Shown piece by piece: positions 31,849 through 45,955 of a stretch of DNA of 64,000 nt. The DNA is from Paraspadella gotoi (taxonomy: Eukaryota; Animalia; Chaetognatha). A program made the position numbers and the translations under genes. Position 1 is the stretch's first letter. Every line of letters begins with the position of its first letter. The notes under the pieces are model-generated. The model was not told the DNA's origin and did not search any database. It saw only the letters and a list, made by a program, of their open reading frames with translations. The stretch is from positions 18,542,323 to 18,606,322 of the forward strand of contig CM119268.1 of the NCBI GenBank assembly GCA_051294375.1, in the 5' to 3' direction.

Positions 31849-33618
31849 GTAGCATACCTGTCGATAAATGAAAGAATCTTTGGAAAAAAAAAGAACAAAG
31901 TCTTGGAAAAATGGAAATTATCTTCTTATCCTAGAAAAAAGACACAGAACAAAGCGTAATATGATTTAATTATCGAAGAAAAGCAAATGACGAATTTGAG
32001 GCCCTCTCCTCCTTTTTACTGCGGGAAAGAGGAAAGAAACTAGGCGAATTGTGTGGGAAATAGGATGAAAAGAAAAAAGAAAAGAAGAGTACGGGTGACC
32101 AAGGGATGAATTGGAAGGAAAGAAAAGATATATATATATTAAAGTATATGGGAAAGAATAGAACGTATACAAAAAGTAGAGATTTAAAATTACGACAACC
32201 AAAACTGCTATGAAAGAAAAGAGAATATATTCAATATTAAATATTTATTATCATAGTTATATATAATAATATATAATATATCAATATATATTAGATATTA
32301 TAAAAAGTGACTTGATAAATATATAAAGTAAATATTTTTGTCTGTTTGCGTCTTTTTCCCTCACTCTTTAAATGAAGAGTTCTTAGTTATTTTTTGACCG
32401 TCTTTTATTGAACCTCACGCGTCCAGTGAATATCTTTATGGTCTGTATGTCTCCCAAAATTTGGGAGAGCTTTAAGGACCCTTGAACGCGCATTTTTCGA
32501 GCGAGTGAAATCATAGGAGAATTTACAGGGGATGAATGAATGGAACTGTAGAAAGACAAAAAAATATGAGAGAAAAAATTACAATATCGAAATTCGTTTA
32601 TATTAAGAAAACAGATTTTGAAATGAAATCGATAACTGAAATAATTGAAGAAGTGAGAGAAAACAGAGAGCAGAAGAGAGAAGACCAGAAGAGGAGAGAT
32701 GAGAGAGAGAGAGAGAGAGGGGAGAGAGAGAAAAAGAGAGAGAAATCATCGACTGAAGTGCGAGTGGCGATATATTATTATTATGCTATATACTCTATGA
32801 AATAAAAGGGCAGGAGAGAAATGTAAATGAGAAAAAAAAGGCAGGAAGAAAGGCGAAGGAGAGATGAGTAGAGAGAATGAATTTCTCCTCTTCAAATCGG
32901 ATTGATGGAGAGAGGAAGAAGGAAATGAAAAAAGAAAGTAAAGGGATCTTTACTTTTCCTTTCCTCACCGCAGCGAAAGAACAGAAAGATAATTCGGCTC
33001 TCTTAATGAAGAACGAGCTGTCATCGTACAGTCAAGTTTTTTAGTTGTTAAGTATTAAAATAAATAGATTTTTAGAATTTACAGTTTTAAATAAGTGAAT
33101 AAGCCAAATTAATTCCTGCTTTTTTCGCACGAAGAGCGAATGGATTAATCCAGCGTTTCTCTTCGTTTAAATCGATTTCGTGGCGCCACAATGTCGCAAT
33201 CCAAAGTCTAACTCTCTCTCTCTCATCTCATGGCATCGGGCAGTCGTTCAAGCACGAAGATCACTTTCGATTTTTGCTCATCTTTTTTATCGTCTGGTGA
33301 TTTAGATGCAAACGGGCGTTAAAATCACCGAGATCACTCGATGGCAGAATATTAGCAGTTTGACTCTTGTAGGCGGAAGAGCAGGAGAGAGAGAGAGAGA
33401 GGGAGCAGGAGGAGAGAACAAGGGATTAGCATCCTTTTGTTAGATTAAGGAGATTAAACCATGTTCAAAGGACATTGGATTCAATCAAACAGATTAGTTA
33501 GACTATTTATATTCGCACATCACAAACCCTCCGAATTAATCTCTTCTTCACAGCAAGAATGATCTACTCTCGTATTTCACAATCATCTATTAACTTCTCA
33601 CTTCCTTTTTCCCTCCAG

Positions 33619-34086
33619 GGCGCTTGCAACCTTCTACGCGGGCGTTGCCGATTTCGGTCCCCGCAAATCTCGTGACTCGGCGTCACGTGCGGTCGTATGC
33701 TCGCCAAGGGGTGCCGCATCTGGAGACGCGCTTCGGGGACTCATGGCCACGCCTCTACAGCATGACACCATGGCGCACGGTCATTCGGAGTCGGCGGAAG
33801 CAAAGGCCTGGAGACACCCCCACAGCCTCAGCAGAAGCAGCAAGCAGCACGACGGAAGCTCGAAACGAAAGGGCAACAGCAAGCAACAGCAAAAAAAACA
33901 CATTTGCTGTTCGTCGTCGTCGTCGTCGTCAAGCGAGACCAACCATCTCCACATCGGCCGCGTCGGCTGCGGAGACCGATGCGGCGCGAGGCAGTCAAAG
34001 GGTCAGACTTTAGTGTCTTCCGTTAACTCTGGTATTTACCTCACTACGCCAGCCTTGACCTAAAGCTTTCAAGCGACGTCGTTTAG
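33619..34086 (+). pseudogene. Heavily frameshifted copy of iGluR exon 2 (probably raw-read quality)
   Basis: Fragments such as GVPHLETR and QTLVSSVN are retained. Excess single-base insertions (468 vs 430 nt). Confidence 0.75.
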
Positions 34087-34162
34087 GTGAGGCGGAATTG
34101 GGAAGAAGCCTGGAAAAATATCGATGGCATTATTTTGGGGAGAAAAGAGAATGAGGGAAAGG

Positions 34163-34203
<41 letters not shown>

Positions 34204-35616
34204 ACGAGAGAGAGAGAGAGAGGAGAGAGAGAGAAGTCAGAGAGAGAGAGAAGAGAAGAGAGAGAGAGAAGAGAGAAAAGAGGAGAGAAGAAAGAGAAGA
34301 GAGAAACAGAAGAAGAAGAAAAAAGAGAGAAAGAAAGGAGCAGAAATAAAAGAGAGAACAGAGAAGAGAAAAAAAATAAAAGAGAAGAAAAGAGGAGACA
34401 AGAAAGAGAAGAGAAAAGAGAAAGAAAAGATAGAAAAAAAGAAGATGAAAGAAAGAGAAAGTCTCTGCTTCATTTCTCGCCGAAGCGTCTCTTCCTTTCA
34501 AGACCAGACTCCGTCTCGCGGTCGCCAGGTGAAACAACTTTTTACTTTTTCTCCTGCCACGGGTTTGATGATTAAACTATGAAAACGGTTTGATGAAAAA
34601 AATTTGTAACAAAATAGTCTGATAAAAATGTAAAGTAAATAGAAAAATTTAATATTTAGAAAAACTTGCCTCAAGAATTTTGATAAAAATTTGAATGTAA
34701 AAATTGTAAAAATAATCGATAAAATTCCTTACGAAAACTACACGGAAAAATAAATTTTACAGTGGCGTAAAAAGTACTTTGGCTAACAATGGTGAAGAAA
34801 GATAGTTTAAATCATCTGACAAAAGATTCGCCTCGAAAATTGTCTGAAATAAAAGTAAAAAAGATTTAAACATCCGTTAAAAATATCTGTAATACGTTCT
34901 GATAAAAGTTGAAATTATGTGAAAAAAAAATCTAGAGAAAATCATCATCATTTTATAGATGCAAAAGAAATGAAATTTAAAAATATAACGATAAAATTTG
35001 CTAATGTAAAAATATGGATGTACGCACTTGAAATTGTTTCTCAGCGAATTACTGGGATGCGAAAAAAATCTGACTTGGTAATGAAATCAACTGTGGAGAG
35101 CATAAATTGTAGTAACGTTCCTCTTTACAAATCTCTCCCTTCCGCGATGTAATAATCTATAATAAAACGAAGAAGCCACAATAAGAAAGCCAACGTGGAA
35201 GCTTCTCGCGTTTTTTATAAAATTAGAGGGAATCTTGAGAAAGGGATGAGGAGAAAGAAAGGGAAAGAACGAGATAGACAAAAGGGAATCGCTTATGAAT
35301 GAGACGGAGGGGAAGAAAAAAAGGGCAATTAAAAAAAAGAGGAGTTAAAAAAAAAACGATCGGGGAAAGAAAAAGAAGAGAAAAAAAGGGAAAAAGAGGG
35401 AAAGAGAGAGAAAAAAAAAGAGTAAGTAGCAGAGAAAAAAACAGTAAAAAAGAAAGAAAAAAGATTTGGTAGAGGATAGAGGCAGAATTCTTTCATTTTG
35501 TTTGTTGGTTCTCAATCATTTGGCGCGTCTTTTTTGGCGAAGATTGTCTTTCGCCCCATTCAATCTTTTTTCTGTTGGGAGGGTGTATCTCTCTCTCTCT
35601 CTCTTCTCTCTCTCTC

Positions 35617-35669
<53 letters not shown>

Positions 35670-36778
35670 CTCTCCTTTTTTTCTTTCCCTTTCCCTTTCC
35701 CACACACTCAAGCACTCACACACAAAAATGACACACCAAACCACAAACAAACAAAATAAGAAAAAAGAAAGAAAAAAAATTCGACGTTCTAATTAAGTCA
35801 TATATTTTCAAGAAAATACTAATTAAAATTTTATGAATAATCTGGTCTCTATAACGAAGGAAGTAACCATGGTAAACTACGCCTCCTAATATCTTCGTTG
35901 ATAACGTGAATAAATATATGTTCTGTATGTTTTAATCCCTTTTACTAACTCTATTCGTTTCACGATTTATCGCCTTACACGTCTCGCTCGTCCATTTTTT
36001 CTTTCTAACGCGGCACTTCTAACTGCACTTACTTCCAGGCGCCGCACTTCCAGTGTACGTACTTGCAGGTGCACGCATTTCCGCCCTTGCGCACTCGCCC
36101 TTTCGCGGAGGCCGAAATCTCCGCGCTTATTTTCTCCTTTTGCCTTAAAGCTCCGCGACTTTCCTTGAATACGAAAACGCGGAGCCTCGTTCTCGATCAG
36201 GGCACAAACGAGAATAATTTTCTACTAAATTTGACGTCGAGACGAGGTTATGAATAAATAATCCGGCTCTCGTCATTTTTTTTTACAAAAAAAATCGATT
36301 ATATGATTTGCGATGCAAAATTAACGCCGACGTCAAACGGCGGGAAAAATCCAATAATATTTCAGTTTAGAAATAATTTTAAAAATTCATTTACTGAGAT
36401 AATTTTTTTTGAAAATCCAGTTTCTCCGCCTCTTATTTTTTTTATATATGAGGAAGAGTTTATATTAATTTTTATTTCCCTTTGAATAAAATTTTTTTTT
36501 CTCTCACGTACTTTTTAAAGCGCTGAGATTAATACACTACTTTACCAGATTTCCGAGAAACTCGTCTCGGTTCCAAGAATCATCCGCATATTTTCATGAT
36601 TTATCTTTTCGTAATATTTTTTTTCTCTCGAAACTGTCTCTTACTTTTTGCCACTGATATATGATTACTTCATACGCCTACTGAAATTGAACTTATATGG
36701 GTTTTTTTTTTTTAAGGGGGTAATTTTTATTAAAATTGTTAATGCTTAATCATAACGTCCCTTTTTTCACCAATCTAG

Positions 36779-36941
36779 ATCTGCATTGCGGACGATGACG
36801 ATCGTCTACGAAGACGCCAGCGGATTGATCAACTCAAGGCTTTAAAGTTGGCCGCCAGTTGGAACATGAAGATCGTGGTGCGAGCAACTTAAAAAGGAAG
36901 AGGAAGACCGAGGAACGAGCATCTTTTGTCGGCTGCTAAAG
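36779..36941 (+). pseudogene. Frameshifted copy of iGluR exon 3
   Basis: Matches 44455-44624 with indels and has the same G|GTAAGG donor. Confidence 0.78.
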
Positions 36942-37603
36942 GTAAGGTCGAGTGGATGGATTAGTTTAAGCAATATGACCAATTCAAAACCTAATTAAAC
37001 TTAGAATTTATCCACCTTTGCTTTTTTTCCACATTATACTGGTTTTCTCGGAATTATTAGGCATTTGAGCTTGTCGTAAAAAGTAATAAGTAGTTTGTTG
37101 TTGCAGGAAACCTTTTTCTTTTTCGGCGTATCGTGCCAAAAAAAGGGGAAAAGATCGTTGAGGGAAGTCTCAAACGTTAAAAACAACGAGGGTCAAAAAC
37201 AACATTAACATCTTCTTTGTTTTTGGAACAAAACACTTGGCGCATCGTGCGAGAAATTAGCGAAAAAATAAAACTAATGAACTGACATCTCAGATATTTT
37301 TTTCTCGGCGAAGAGACTTGGCCTCGAAGATGCTTTGGCCTATTGCTGGAAAGGCACAGGTTTAATGTTTTTCCCTTTGTATAACAATGAGGAGTAGCGG
37401 GGTAACAAAGAAATAATTCAAATTTCAAATTGGACGACTGCTTTTTTTAAAAAAAAGTGTTTCCTTACAGGGTACGTCAACACAAATTTAAAAATTAAAA
37501 TTTAAAACTAATTACCACTATTTACTTGTATTCAATTTTATTGAATTGTAATTTATTTTATTGTATTTTATTTTATTTCCCTTTATATCTAACGCTATTT
37601 CAG

Positions 37604-37711
37604 ATATCGAGAAAAGAGAGACATCTTCGTGCTCGACTGCGACCCAGCGAGAATCCCAAGAATTCTCAAACTCGCCGACAGGGATTTTGGATGATGTCCT
37701 CTCACTACCAG
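37604..37711 (+). pseudogene. Frameshifted copy of iGluR exon 4
   Basis: Matches 45287-45399 with deletions and has the same splice sites. Confidence 0.78.
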
Positions 37712-38829
37712 GTGGGGAAATTACTAAATAATAAATGATCTCAAGGTAAAAAAAAATCGATACAGGCTTTTTGCATCCCCGTTTCTTAATAATAACCCAT
37801 TACCTTACCCTACTGTCTTGTTCAAATACTTAAAACCAATACTTAACCGTAATCCCTAAACCAAACCTCATCCTTACCCTTAACTAAAACCTTCACCAAT
37901 CACTCTTATTCGCCTAATGGTTAACCTAATTTTTAACGAGAAAACAAATTATTCTAAATTTAAGCTTAAATGGACACCTTTCGTAAAAGATGGCCGACTT
38001 TGTTGTAATATTAGATGTCGTCTCACGATTAAGTAGAAATTTTGTATTATAGTTTGCTTGAGTATTTATTTTGGCGATATGTGTATCGACTCANNNNNNN
38101 NNNNNNNNNNNNNNNNNNCCGGGAATCCACCACACGGTGAGATGTCCCCTGTCCCTTTTTACTTTCAACGGGTCTAGGCGGAGGCACCTCCCAAGCAGGT
38201 TCAATGGACGCACGAATACCGTCTCCCGAGCTACAGCAACTCGGTGAGTTACTTCTTCTGCTCGGACACATGTGGACGTTCACCCTCATACAACGACGGC
38301 TCAGGAGGAGGAAGAGGAGTTGTATCTCTCCTGCACCAAAGCTAGACCAGAAAACAGGCATCTAACCCGCCTTCGTCGTCAAGGCGAGAGGAGGCTTTCG
38401 GCAGCTTAACCAGAACAGAGAGAATATTAGAAGTGCATTTGGGTTTTCAATACTTTTCCCAAGGCGAGCTCCGCTACCAAGATCCTTGGAGGCAATATCG
38501 TTCCTTCTAACAATATCCGTCTCAACCTATGGACAAGTCAATGAGCCCGATCAAGATCGTCACGTCCTGCCTTTTGCCAGGCCCGGGGGGGGGCAGCCTC
38601 ATTTTGAGCTGCTTTCTCTCTCTATGTTTCTCTGCCTCGTAACTTAGCTATCCCTAACCACATATTCTTCTTTCCACTAATATTTCCAATCTTAAATAAG
38701 TTAAATATTTAGTTTAATCCTTAAATTTGTTATTTTAATTCCTTAAAATCTTGTTATTATTTATTTTTTGGTTATAACTTACAAAAATGTAACTATTTTC
38801 TCTCCTCTGCTCTGCTAGTATTTCAAGCA

Positions 38830-39110
38830 TCAGGTTTTCAAACCACTCTCCTTTCTTCTCTCCTAGCCTTACCTGTCCTCATATAGCACTGTCCTCTTCA
38901 CTGACGCTTTGTATGTGTTGACGAAGCTTTATATTTCTCGTCTTTTTCTGCTCATCTCTCGTCCTCTCTCTCTTCTCTCCTCTAATCAATGTTTAGAAGA
39001 GAAAACTTGTTAATCGAAACAAACGCTGATGAACTTAAAAGGCAAGAGCGCGAAACATGTCCCAATTGTGAATAACAATCGTTGTTTACAAACAAACTTT
39101 GTTTTCTCTA
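38830..39110 (+). mobile_element. Degraded copy of the hammerhead-bearing Penelope-like arm
   Basis: CTTACCTGTCCTCA (cf. ~15131), CTGATGA at 39026, GAAACATGTC at 39052-39061, and the family 3' end AAACTTTGTTTTCTCTA. Stem II is corrupted. Confidence 0.6.
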
Positions 39111-39313
39111 AAAATATAATAATAACATTTATTGATTATTAGTCGATATGTAGCCAAGGAATTTCTGCCTTGAAAACTCCATTAAAAGTTCTTGCACGTC
39201 GAAAGAGAACATTCAACGGAATGAGATAATTTATATTAGGTATTGAAAAATTATACATGACATAAACTGGAAGACATTTTTAATTAAAACGAGTGACGAG
39301 AATAGATGTGAGA

Positions 39314-39369
<56 letters not shown>

Positions 39370-40485
39370 GAGTAGCACTACCTGTCGATAAATGAAAGAA
39401 TCTTGGAAAAAAAAAAGAACAAAGTCTTGGAAAAAATGGAAAATTCTTATCCAGAAAAAAAGAAAAAGAACAAAGCGTAATGATTATATCGAAGAAAGCA
39501 AATGACGAATTGAGGCCCCTCCTCCTTTTACTGCGGGAAAGAGGAAAAGAAACTAGGGAATTGTGTGGGAAAAGGATGAAAGAAAAAAGAAAAGAGAGTA
39601 CGGGTGACCAAAGGGATGATTAGAAGGAAAGAAAAGATATATATATATAAAGTATAACTGGAAAAGAATAGAAACCGTAAAAAAAAGTAGAGATTTAAAA
39701 TTACGACAACAAAACTGCTATGAAAGAAAAAGAGAATATATTAATATTAATATTAATATATATGTTAATATATTAATATATTAATATATTAATATATATA
39801 TTAATATTTAATAAAAAGGTGATTGATGATTGATAAATATTATATATAAATATAATATAAATTACTTTGTCTGTTTGGTCCTTTTTCCCTCACTCTTTAA
39901 ATGAAGAATTCTTAGTTATTTTTTGACCGTGTTTTATTTGACCTTACGCGTCCAGTGAATATCTTTATGGTCNNNNNNNNNNNNNNNNNNNNNNNNNNNN
40001 NNNNNNNNNNNNNNNNNNNNNNNNNNNNNNNNNNNNNNNNNNNNNNNNNNNNNNNNNNNNNNNNNNNNNNNNNNNNNNNNNNNNNNNNNNNNNNNNCCAA
40101 AATTTGGGAGAGACTTTTAAGGACGCCTTGAACGCCAGATTTTGCAAGCTTGAAATCATAGGAAATTTCACAGGGATTGAATGCAAAAAAATATTTGGGT
40201 GAAACTTAAAGAAGCAAGACAGAACAAACAAAAATGCTCATGAAGATTAAAACAAAAAATTGAGTGGAGAGAGAGGAAAAATTTACCAATTAATGAATTC
40301 GTTTTATTAAAGAAAAACAGATTTTGAAATGAAATCGATAGAATAATAATTGAAGAATGAGAGAACAGAGAGAAAAAGAAAGACAGAGAGAAGAAGAAGA
40401 GAGAAGAGAGAGAGAGAGAGAGAGAAGAGGAGAGAGAGCGAGACAAAAGAGAGAGAAGGAGAGACGCGAGAAAGCAGAGAGCCAG

Positions 40486-40516
<31 letters not shown>

Positions 40517-41010
40517 ACGAAGAAGACGACCGAGCAGAGAGGAGAGAAATCCTGGACTGAAGTGCAGGTGGCGACAAGAGAAAAATCTCTATGAAAAAAG
40601 GGAGGAGAGAAATGAAATGAGAAATAGAAAAGGCAGGAAGAAAAGGCGAGGAGGGAGAGAGAGAGAGACGGAATGAATTTCTCCTCTTAAATCGGATTGA
40701 TGGAGAGAGAGAGAGAAGCGAAATGAAGAAAAGAAAGTAAAGGGTCTTACTTTCCTTTCCTCACCGCAGCGAAAGAGCATAAAGATATTCGCTCTTTAAT
40801 GAAGAAACGAGCTCTCATCGTAGCAGTCAAAGTTTTTTTTTAGTTGTTAAGTATTAAAAAATAAATATATTTTTATAATTTAACAGTTTAAATTGTGAAA
40901 ATAAGCCAATTAATTCTTGCTTTTTTTCGCACGAGAGCGAATGATTAATCCACGTTTCTCTTCGTTTTAATCGATTTCGTTGGCGCCGACAATGTCGCAA
41001 TCCAAAGTCT

Positions 41011-41045
<35 letters not shown>

Positions 41046-41178
41046 GGCATTGGCAGTCGTTCAGAAATCACTTCGATTTTTGCTCACTTTTTTATTCCGT
41101 CTGTGATTTATGATGCAACGGCGTTCACCGAATCACTCCGATGGCAGAAAAGCAGTTTGACCGAGGGGAAGAGAGAGA

Positions 41179-41210
<32 letters not shown>

Positions 41211-41391
41211 ATTTTTTTTTGTTTAATTAAGGAATTAAAAATTTCAAGGGAATTGGATTATTAAAAGATTATTCATAATTTTTGTCGCCAACATCACAAA
41301 CTCCGAATTAATCCTTCTTCACAACAAAATGGATCACATCTCGTAGTCTTCACAATCATTTTAACCTTTCTCCCTTCCTTTTTCCCTCCAG

Positions 41392-41821
41392 GCGCTTGCA
41401 ACCTTCTACGCGCCGGCGTTGCCGCCATCTTCGGCCCGCAATCTCGTGACTCGGCGCTTCACGTGCGGTCCGTATGCTCGGCCAAGGGCGTGCCGCATCT
41501 GGAGACGCGTTGGGGACATCATGGCCACGCCTCTACGCATCACCATGGGCGCCATTCGGAGCGCGGAGGAAAGGCTGGAGAGACCCAGCCTCAGCAGAAG
41601 CAGCAGCAGACGACGGAGTCGAAACGAAAGTGGCAACAGCAGCAACAGCAAAAACAAATTCTGTCGTCGTCGTCGTCGTCGTCAGCGACACCATCTCCAT
41701 CGGCCGCGTCGGCTGCGGAGACGGATGCGGCGGCGAAGCAGTCAAGTCAGACTTTAGTGTCTTCCGTTAACCTGTTTCCTCACTACGCCAGCCTTACCAA
41801 AGCTTTCAACGACGTCGTTAG
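41392..41821 (+). CDS. Kainate-type iGluR exon 2 (intact copy)
   Basis: TCCAG|GC acceptor completes GGC with exon 1. Encodes ACNLLRAGVAAIFGPQSRDSALHVRSVCSAKGVPHLETRW...SVNLFPHYASLTKAFNDVV. 430 nt, AG|GTGAGG donor (phase 2). Confidence 0.92.
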
Positions 41822-43199
41822 GTGAGGCGGAATTGGGAAGAAGCCTGGAAAAATATCGATGCATTATTTTGGGGAGANNNNNNNNNNGAGAAGAAAGAGA
41901 AGATTGAAAACAGAAGAGAGAGAAGAAAAGAGAGAAAAGAAAGGAGAGAAAATAAAAGAGAGAACAGAGAAGAGAAAATAAAAGAGAGAAAAGAGGAGAC
42001 AAGAAAGAGAAGAGAGAAAAGAGAGAAGAAAAGATAGAAAAAAGAAGATGAAAGAAAGAGAAAGTCTCTGCTTCATTTTCCGCCAAGCGTCTCTTCCTTT
42101 CAAGACCGAAACTCCGTCTTGCGGTCGCCAGGTGTAAACAACTTTTTACTTTTTCTCCTCGCCACGGGTTTGATGATAAACTATGAAAACGGTTTGATGA
42201 AAAAAATTGTAACAAAATAGTCTGATAAAAATGTAAAGTTAAAATAGAAAAATTTAATATTTAGAAAACTTGCCTCAAAGAATTTGATAAAAATTTGAAT
42301 GTAAAAATTGTAAAAATAATCGAATAAAATTCCTTACGAAAACTACACGGATAAAAATAAATTTATACCAGTGGCGTAAAAGTACTTTGGTAACAATGGT
42401 GAAGAAAGATAGTTTAAATCATCTGACAAAAGATTCGCCTCAAAATTGTCTGAAATAAAGAGTAAAAAAGATTTTAAATCATCCGTTAAAAATCTTTAAT
42501 ATGTTCTGATAAAAGTTGAAATTATGTGAAAAAAAATCTAGAGAAAATCATCATGTCAAATTATTTTATAGATGCAAAAGGAAATGAAATTTAAAAATAT
42601 AACGATAAAATTTGCTTAATGTTAAAAATATGGATGTACGCACTTGAAATTGTTATCTCAGCGAATTACTGGGATGCGAAAAAAAAATCTGACTAGTAAC
42701 GAAATCAACTGGTGGAGAGCATAAATTGTAGTAACGTTCCTCTTTACAAATCTCTCCCTTCCCGGATGTAATAAAATCTATAATAAAACGAAGAAGCCAC
42801 AAATAAGAAGCCAACGTGGAAGCTTTGGTCGTTTTTATAAAATTAAGGGAATCTTGAGGAAAGGGATGATGGAGAAAAAGGGGAAAGAACGAGATGAGAC
42901 AAAAGGGAATCGCTTATGAGACGGAGGGGGAAGAAAAAAAGGGCAATTAAAAAAAAGAGGAGTTAAAACGATCGGGGAAAGAAAAAAGAAGAGAAAAAAA
43001 GGGAAAAAGAGGGAAAGAGAGAGAAAAAAAAAGAGTAGAGTAGCAGAGAAAAACAGTAAAAAAGAAAGAAAAAAGATTTGGGTAAGAGGATAGAGGCAAG
43101 AATTCTTTCATTGTTGTTTGTTGGTTCTCAATCATTTGGCGCGTCTTTTTTGCGAAGATTGTCTTTCGCCCCATTCAATCTTTTTCTGTTGGGAGGGTG

Positions 43200-43372
<173 letters not shown>

Positions 43373-44454
43373 CTTTCCCTTTCCCTTTCCCACACACTCA
43401 AGCACTCACACACAAAATGACACACAAACCACAAACAAACAAAATAAGAAAAAAGAAAGAAAAAAAAATTCCGACGTTCCTAATTAAGTCATATATTTTC
43501 AAGAAAATAACTCAATTAAATTTTATTGAATAATCTGGTCTTTATAACGAAGGAAGTAACCATGGTAAACCACGCCTCCTAATATCTTCGTTGATAACGT
43601 GAATACAAAATTGTTCTGAATGTTTTAATCCCTTTTACTAACTCTATTCGTTTCACGATTTATCGCCTTACACGTCTCGCTCGTCCATTTTCTTTTCTAA
43701 ACGCGGGCACTTCTAACTGAACCTACTTCCAGGTGCACGCACTTCCAGGTGTACGTACTTGCAGGTGCACGCATTTCCGCCCTTGCGCACTCGCCCTTTC
43801 GCGGAGGCCGAAATCTCCGCCGCTTATTTTCTCCTTTTGCCTTAAAAGCTCGCGACTTTCCTTGAATACGAAAACGCGGAGCCTCGATTCCGATCAGGGC
43901 ACAAACGCGAATAATTTTCTACTAAATTTGACGTCGTAGACGAGGTTATGAATAAAATAATCCCGGCTCTCGTCATTTTTTTTACAAAAAAAATCGATTA
44001 TTATGATTTGCGATGCAAATTACGCCGACGTCAAACGGCGGAAAAAATCCACTAAATATTTTCAGTTTTTAGAAATAATTTTAAAATTCATTTACTGAGA
44101 TAATTTTTTTTGAAAATCTAGTTTCTTCGCCTGTAATTTTTTTTTATAATGAGGAGAGAGTTTATATTAATTTCTTTCCCTTTGAATACAATTTTTTTTC
44201 TCTCACTACTTTTTAAGCGCTGAGATTAATACACAGATTTCGGTTCCAAGAATCATCCGCATATTTTCATGATTTATCTTTTCAGGAATATTTTTTTCTC
44301 TCGAAACTTGTCTCTTACTTTTTGCCACTGATTATGTTTACTTCATACGCCTACTGAAATTGACTTATATGGGTTTCTTTTTTTTAAGGGGGTAATTTTT
44401 CTTAAAATTGTTAATGCTTAATTCATAACGTCACCTTTCTTTCCACCAATCTAG

Positions 44455-44624
44455 AGCTCTGCAGTGGCGGACGATGACGATCGTCTACGAAGACGCCAGC
44501 GGATTGATCAAACTCCAAGAGCTTTTAAAGTTGGCGCCAGTTGGCGACATGAAGATCGTGGTGCGGCAACTTAAAAAGGAAGAGGAAGACCCGAGGAACG
44601 AGCATCTTGTGTCGCTGCTTAAAG
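44455..44624 (+). CDS. Kainate-type iGluR exon 3 (intact copy)
   Basis: CTAG|A acceptor (phase 2). Encodes ALQWRTMTIVYEDASGLIKLQELLKLAPVGDMKIVVRQLKKEEEDPRNEHLVSLLK. G|GTAAGG donor (phase 1). Too short for the ORF track. Confidence 0.92.
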
Positions 44625-45286
44625 GTAAGGTCGAGTGGATGGATTAGTTTAAGCAATATGACCAATCAAAACCTAATTAAACTTAGAATTTATCCAACCC
44701 TTTGCTTTTTTTCCACATTATACTGTTTCTCGGAAATTATTAGCATTTGAGCTTGTCGGTAAAAGTAATAATATTTTTTGCTGCAGGAAACCTTTTTCTT
44801 TTTCGGCGTATCGTGCCAAAAAAAGGGGAAAGATCGTTGAGGGAAGTCTCAAACGTTAAAAACAACGAGGGTCAAAACAACATTAACATCTTCTTTGTTT
44901 TTGGAACAAAACACTTGGCGCATCGTTGCGAGAAATTAGCGAAAAAAATAAAACTAATGAACTGACATCTCAGATATTTTTTCTCGGGCGAAGAGACTTG
45001 GCCCTCGAAGATGTTTTGGTTATTTGCTGGAAAGGCAATGTTTAATGTTTTTCCCTTTGTATAACAATGAAGGAAGTAGGCGGGGTAACAAAGAAATAAT
45101 TCAAATTGGACAGACTGCTTTTTTTTTTAAAAAAGTGTTTCCTTACAGTGTACGTCAACACAAATTTAAAATTAAAATTTAAAAACTAATTAGCCACTAA
45201 TTTACTTGTATTCAATTTTATTGAATTGTAATTTATTTATTTATTTATTTTATTTTATTTCCCTTTATATCTAACGCTTATTTCAG

Positions 45287-45399
45287 ATATCGAGAAAAGA
45301 GGAGAGACATCTATCGTGCTCGACTGCGACCCAGCGAGAATCCCAAGAATTCTCAAACTCGCCGACAGGGATTTTGGGATGATGTCCTCTCACTACCAG
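45287..45399 (+). CDS. Kainate-type iGluR exon 4 (intact copy)
   Basis: TTTCAG|AT acceptor. Encodes DIEKRGETSIVLDCDPARIPRILKLADRDFGMMSSHYQ (IVLDC and GMM..xY are kainate ATD features). CAG|GTGGGG donor (phase 0). Confidence 0.9.
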
Positions 45400-45889
45400 G
45401 TGGGGGAAAATTACAAATAATAATTGATCTCAAGGTAAAAAAAAATCGATACAGGCTTTTTGGCATCCCGTTTTCTTAATATTAACCCAATTATCTTACC
45501 CTACTGTCTTTTAAAATACTTAAACCAATACTTAACCGTAATCCCTAAACCAAACCTCATCCTTACCCTTAACTAAAACCTTCACCAAATCACTCTTATT
45601 CGCCTTAATGGTTAACCTAATCTTTTAACGAGAAAACAAAATTAATTCTAAATTTAAGCTTAAATGGGACACTTTCGTAAAAGATGGCCGACTTTTGTTG
45701 TAATATTAGATGTCGTCTCACGATTAAGTAGAAAATTTTGTATTTATAGTTTGCTTGAGTATTTATTTTGGCGAATATGTGTATCGAACTCCCAACGACG
45801 CCTAAAATGATGGCCGATGACAACAAAATTTCACTGATGTCAGAGAAAGCTCTCTTTCCGATTCAGTTGCCAATCATCGCCACCTCATT

Positions 45890-45955
<66 letters not shown>

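Larger units (their letters stand above)
29725..38093 (+). repeat. Redundant locus copy 3 (intron 1, exons 2-4), bounded by 25-N gaps
   Basis: Restarts at sequence equivalent to ~17080. Colinear with 39110-45788 from ~31590 onward. Ends at gap 38094-38118. Confidence 0.9.

Noticed and set aside
45490-45620. CCCTAA/TAACC-like tract (also ~37795-37930 and ~59270-59305) as interstitial telomere
   Set aside because: Too degenerate, with no run of perfect telomeric units.
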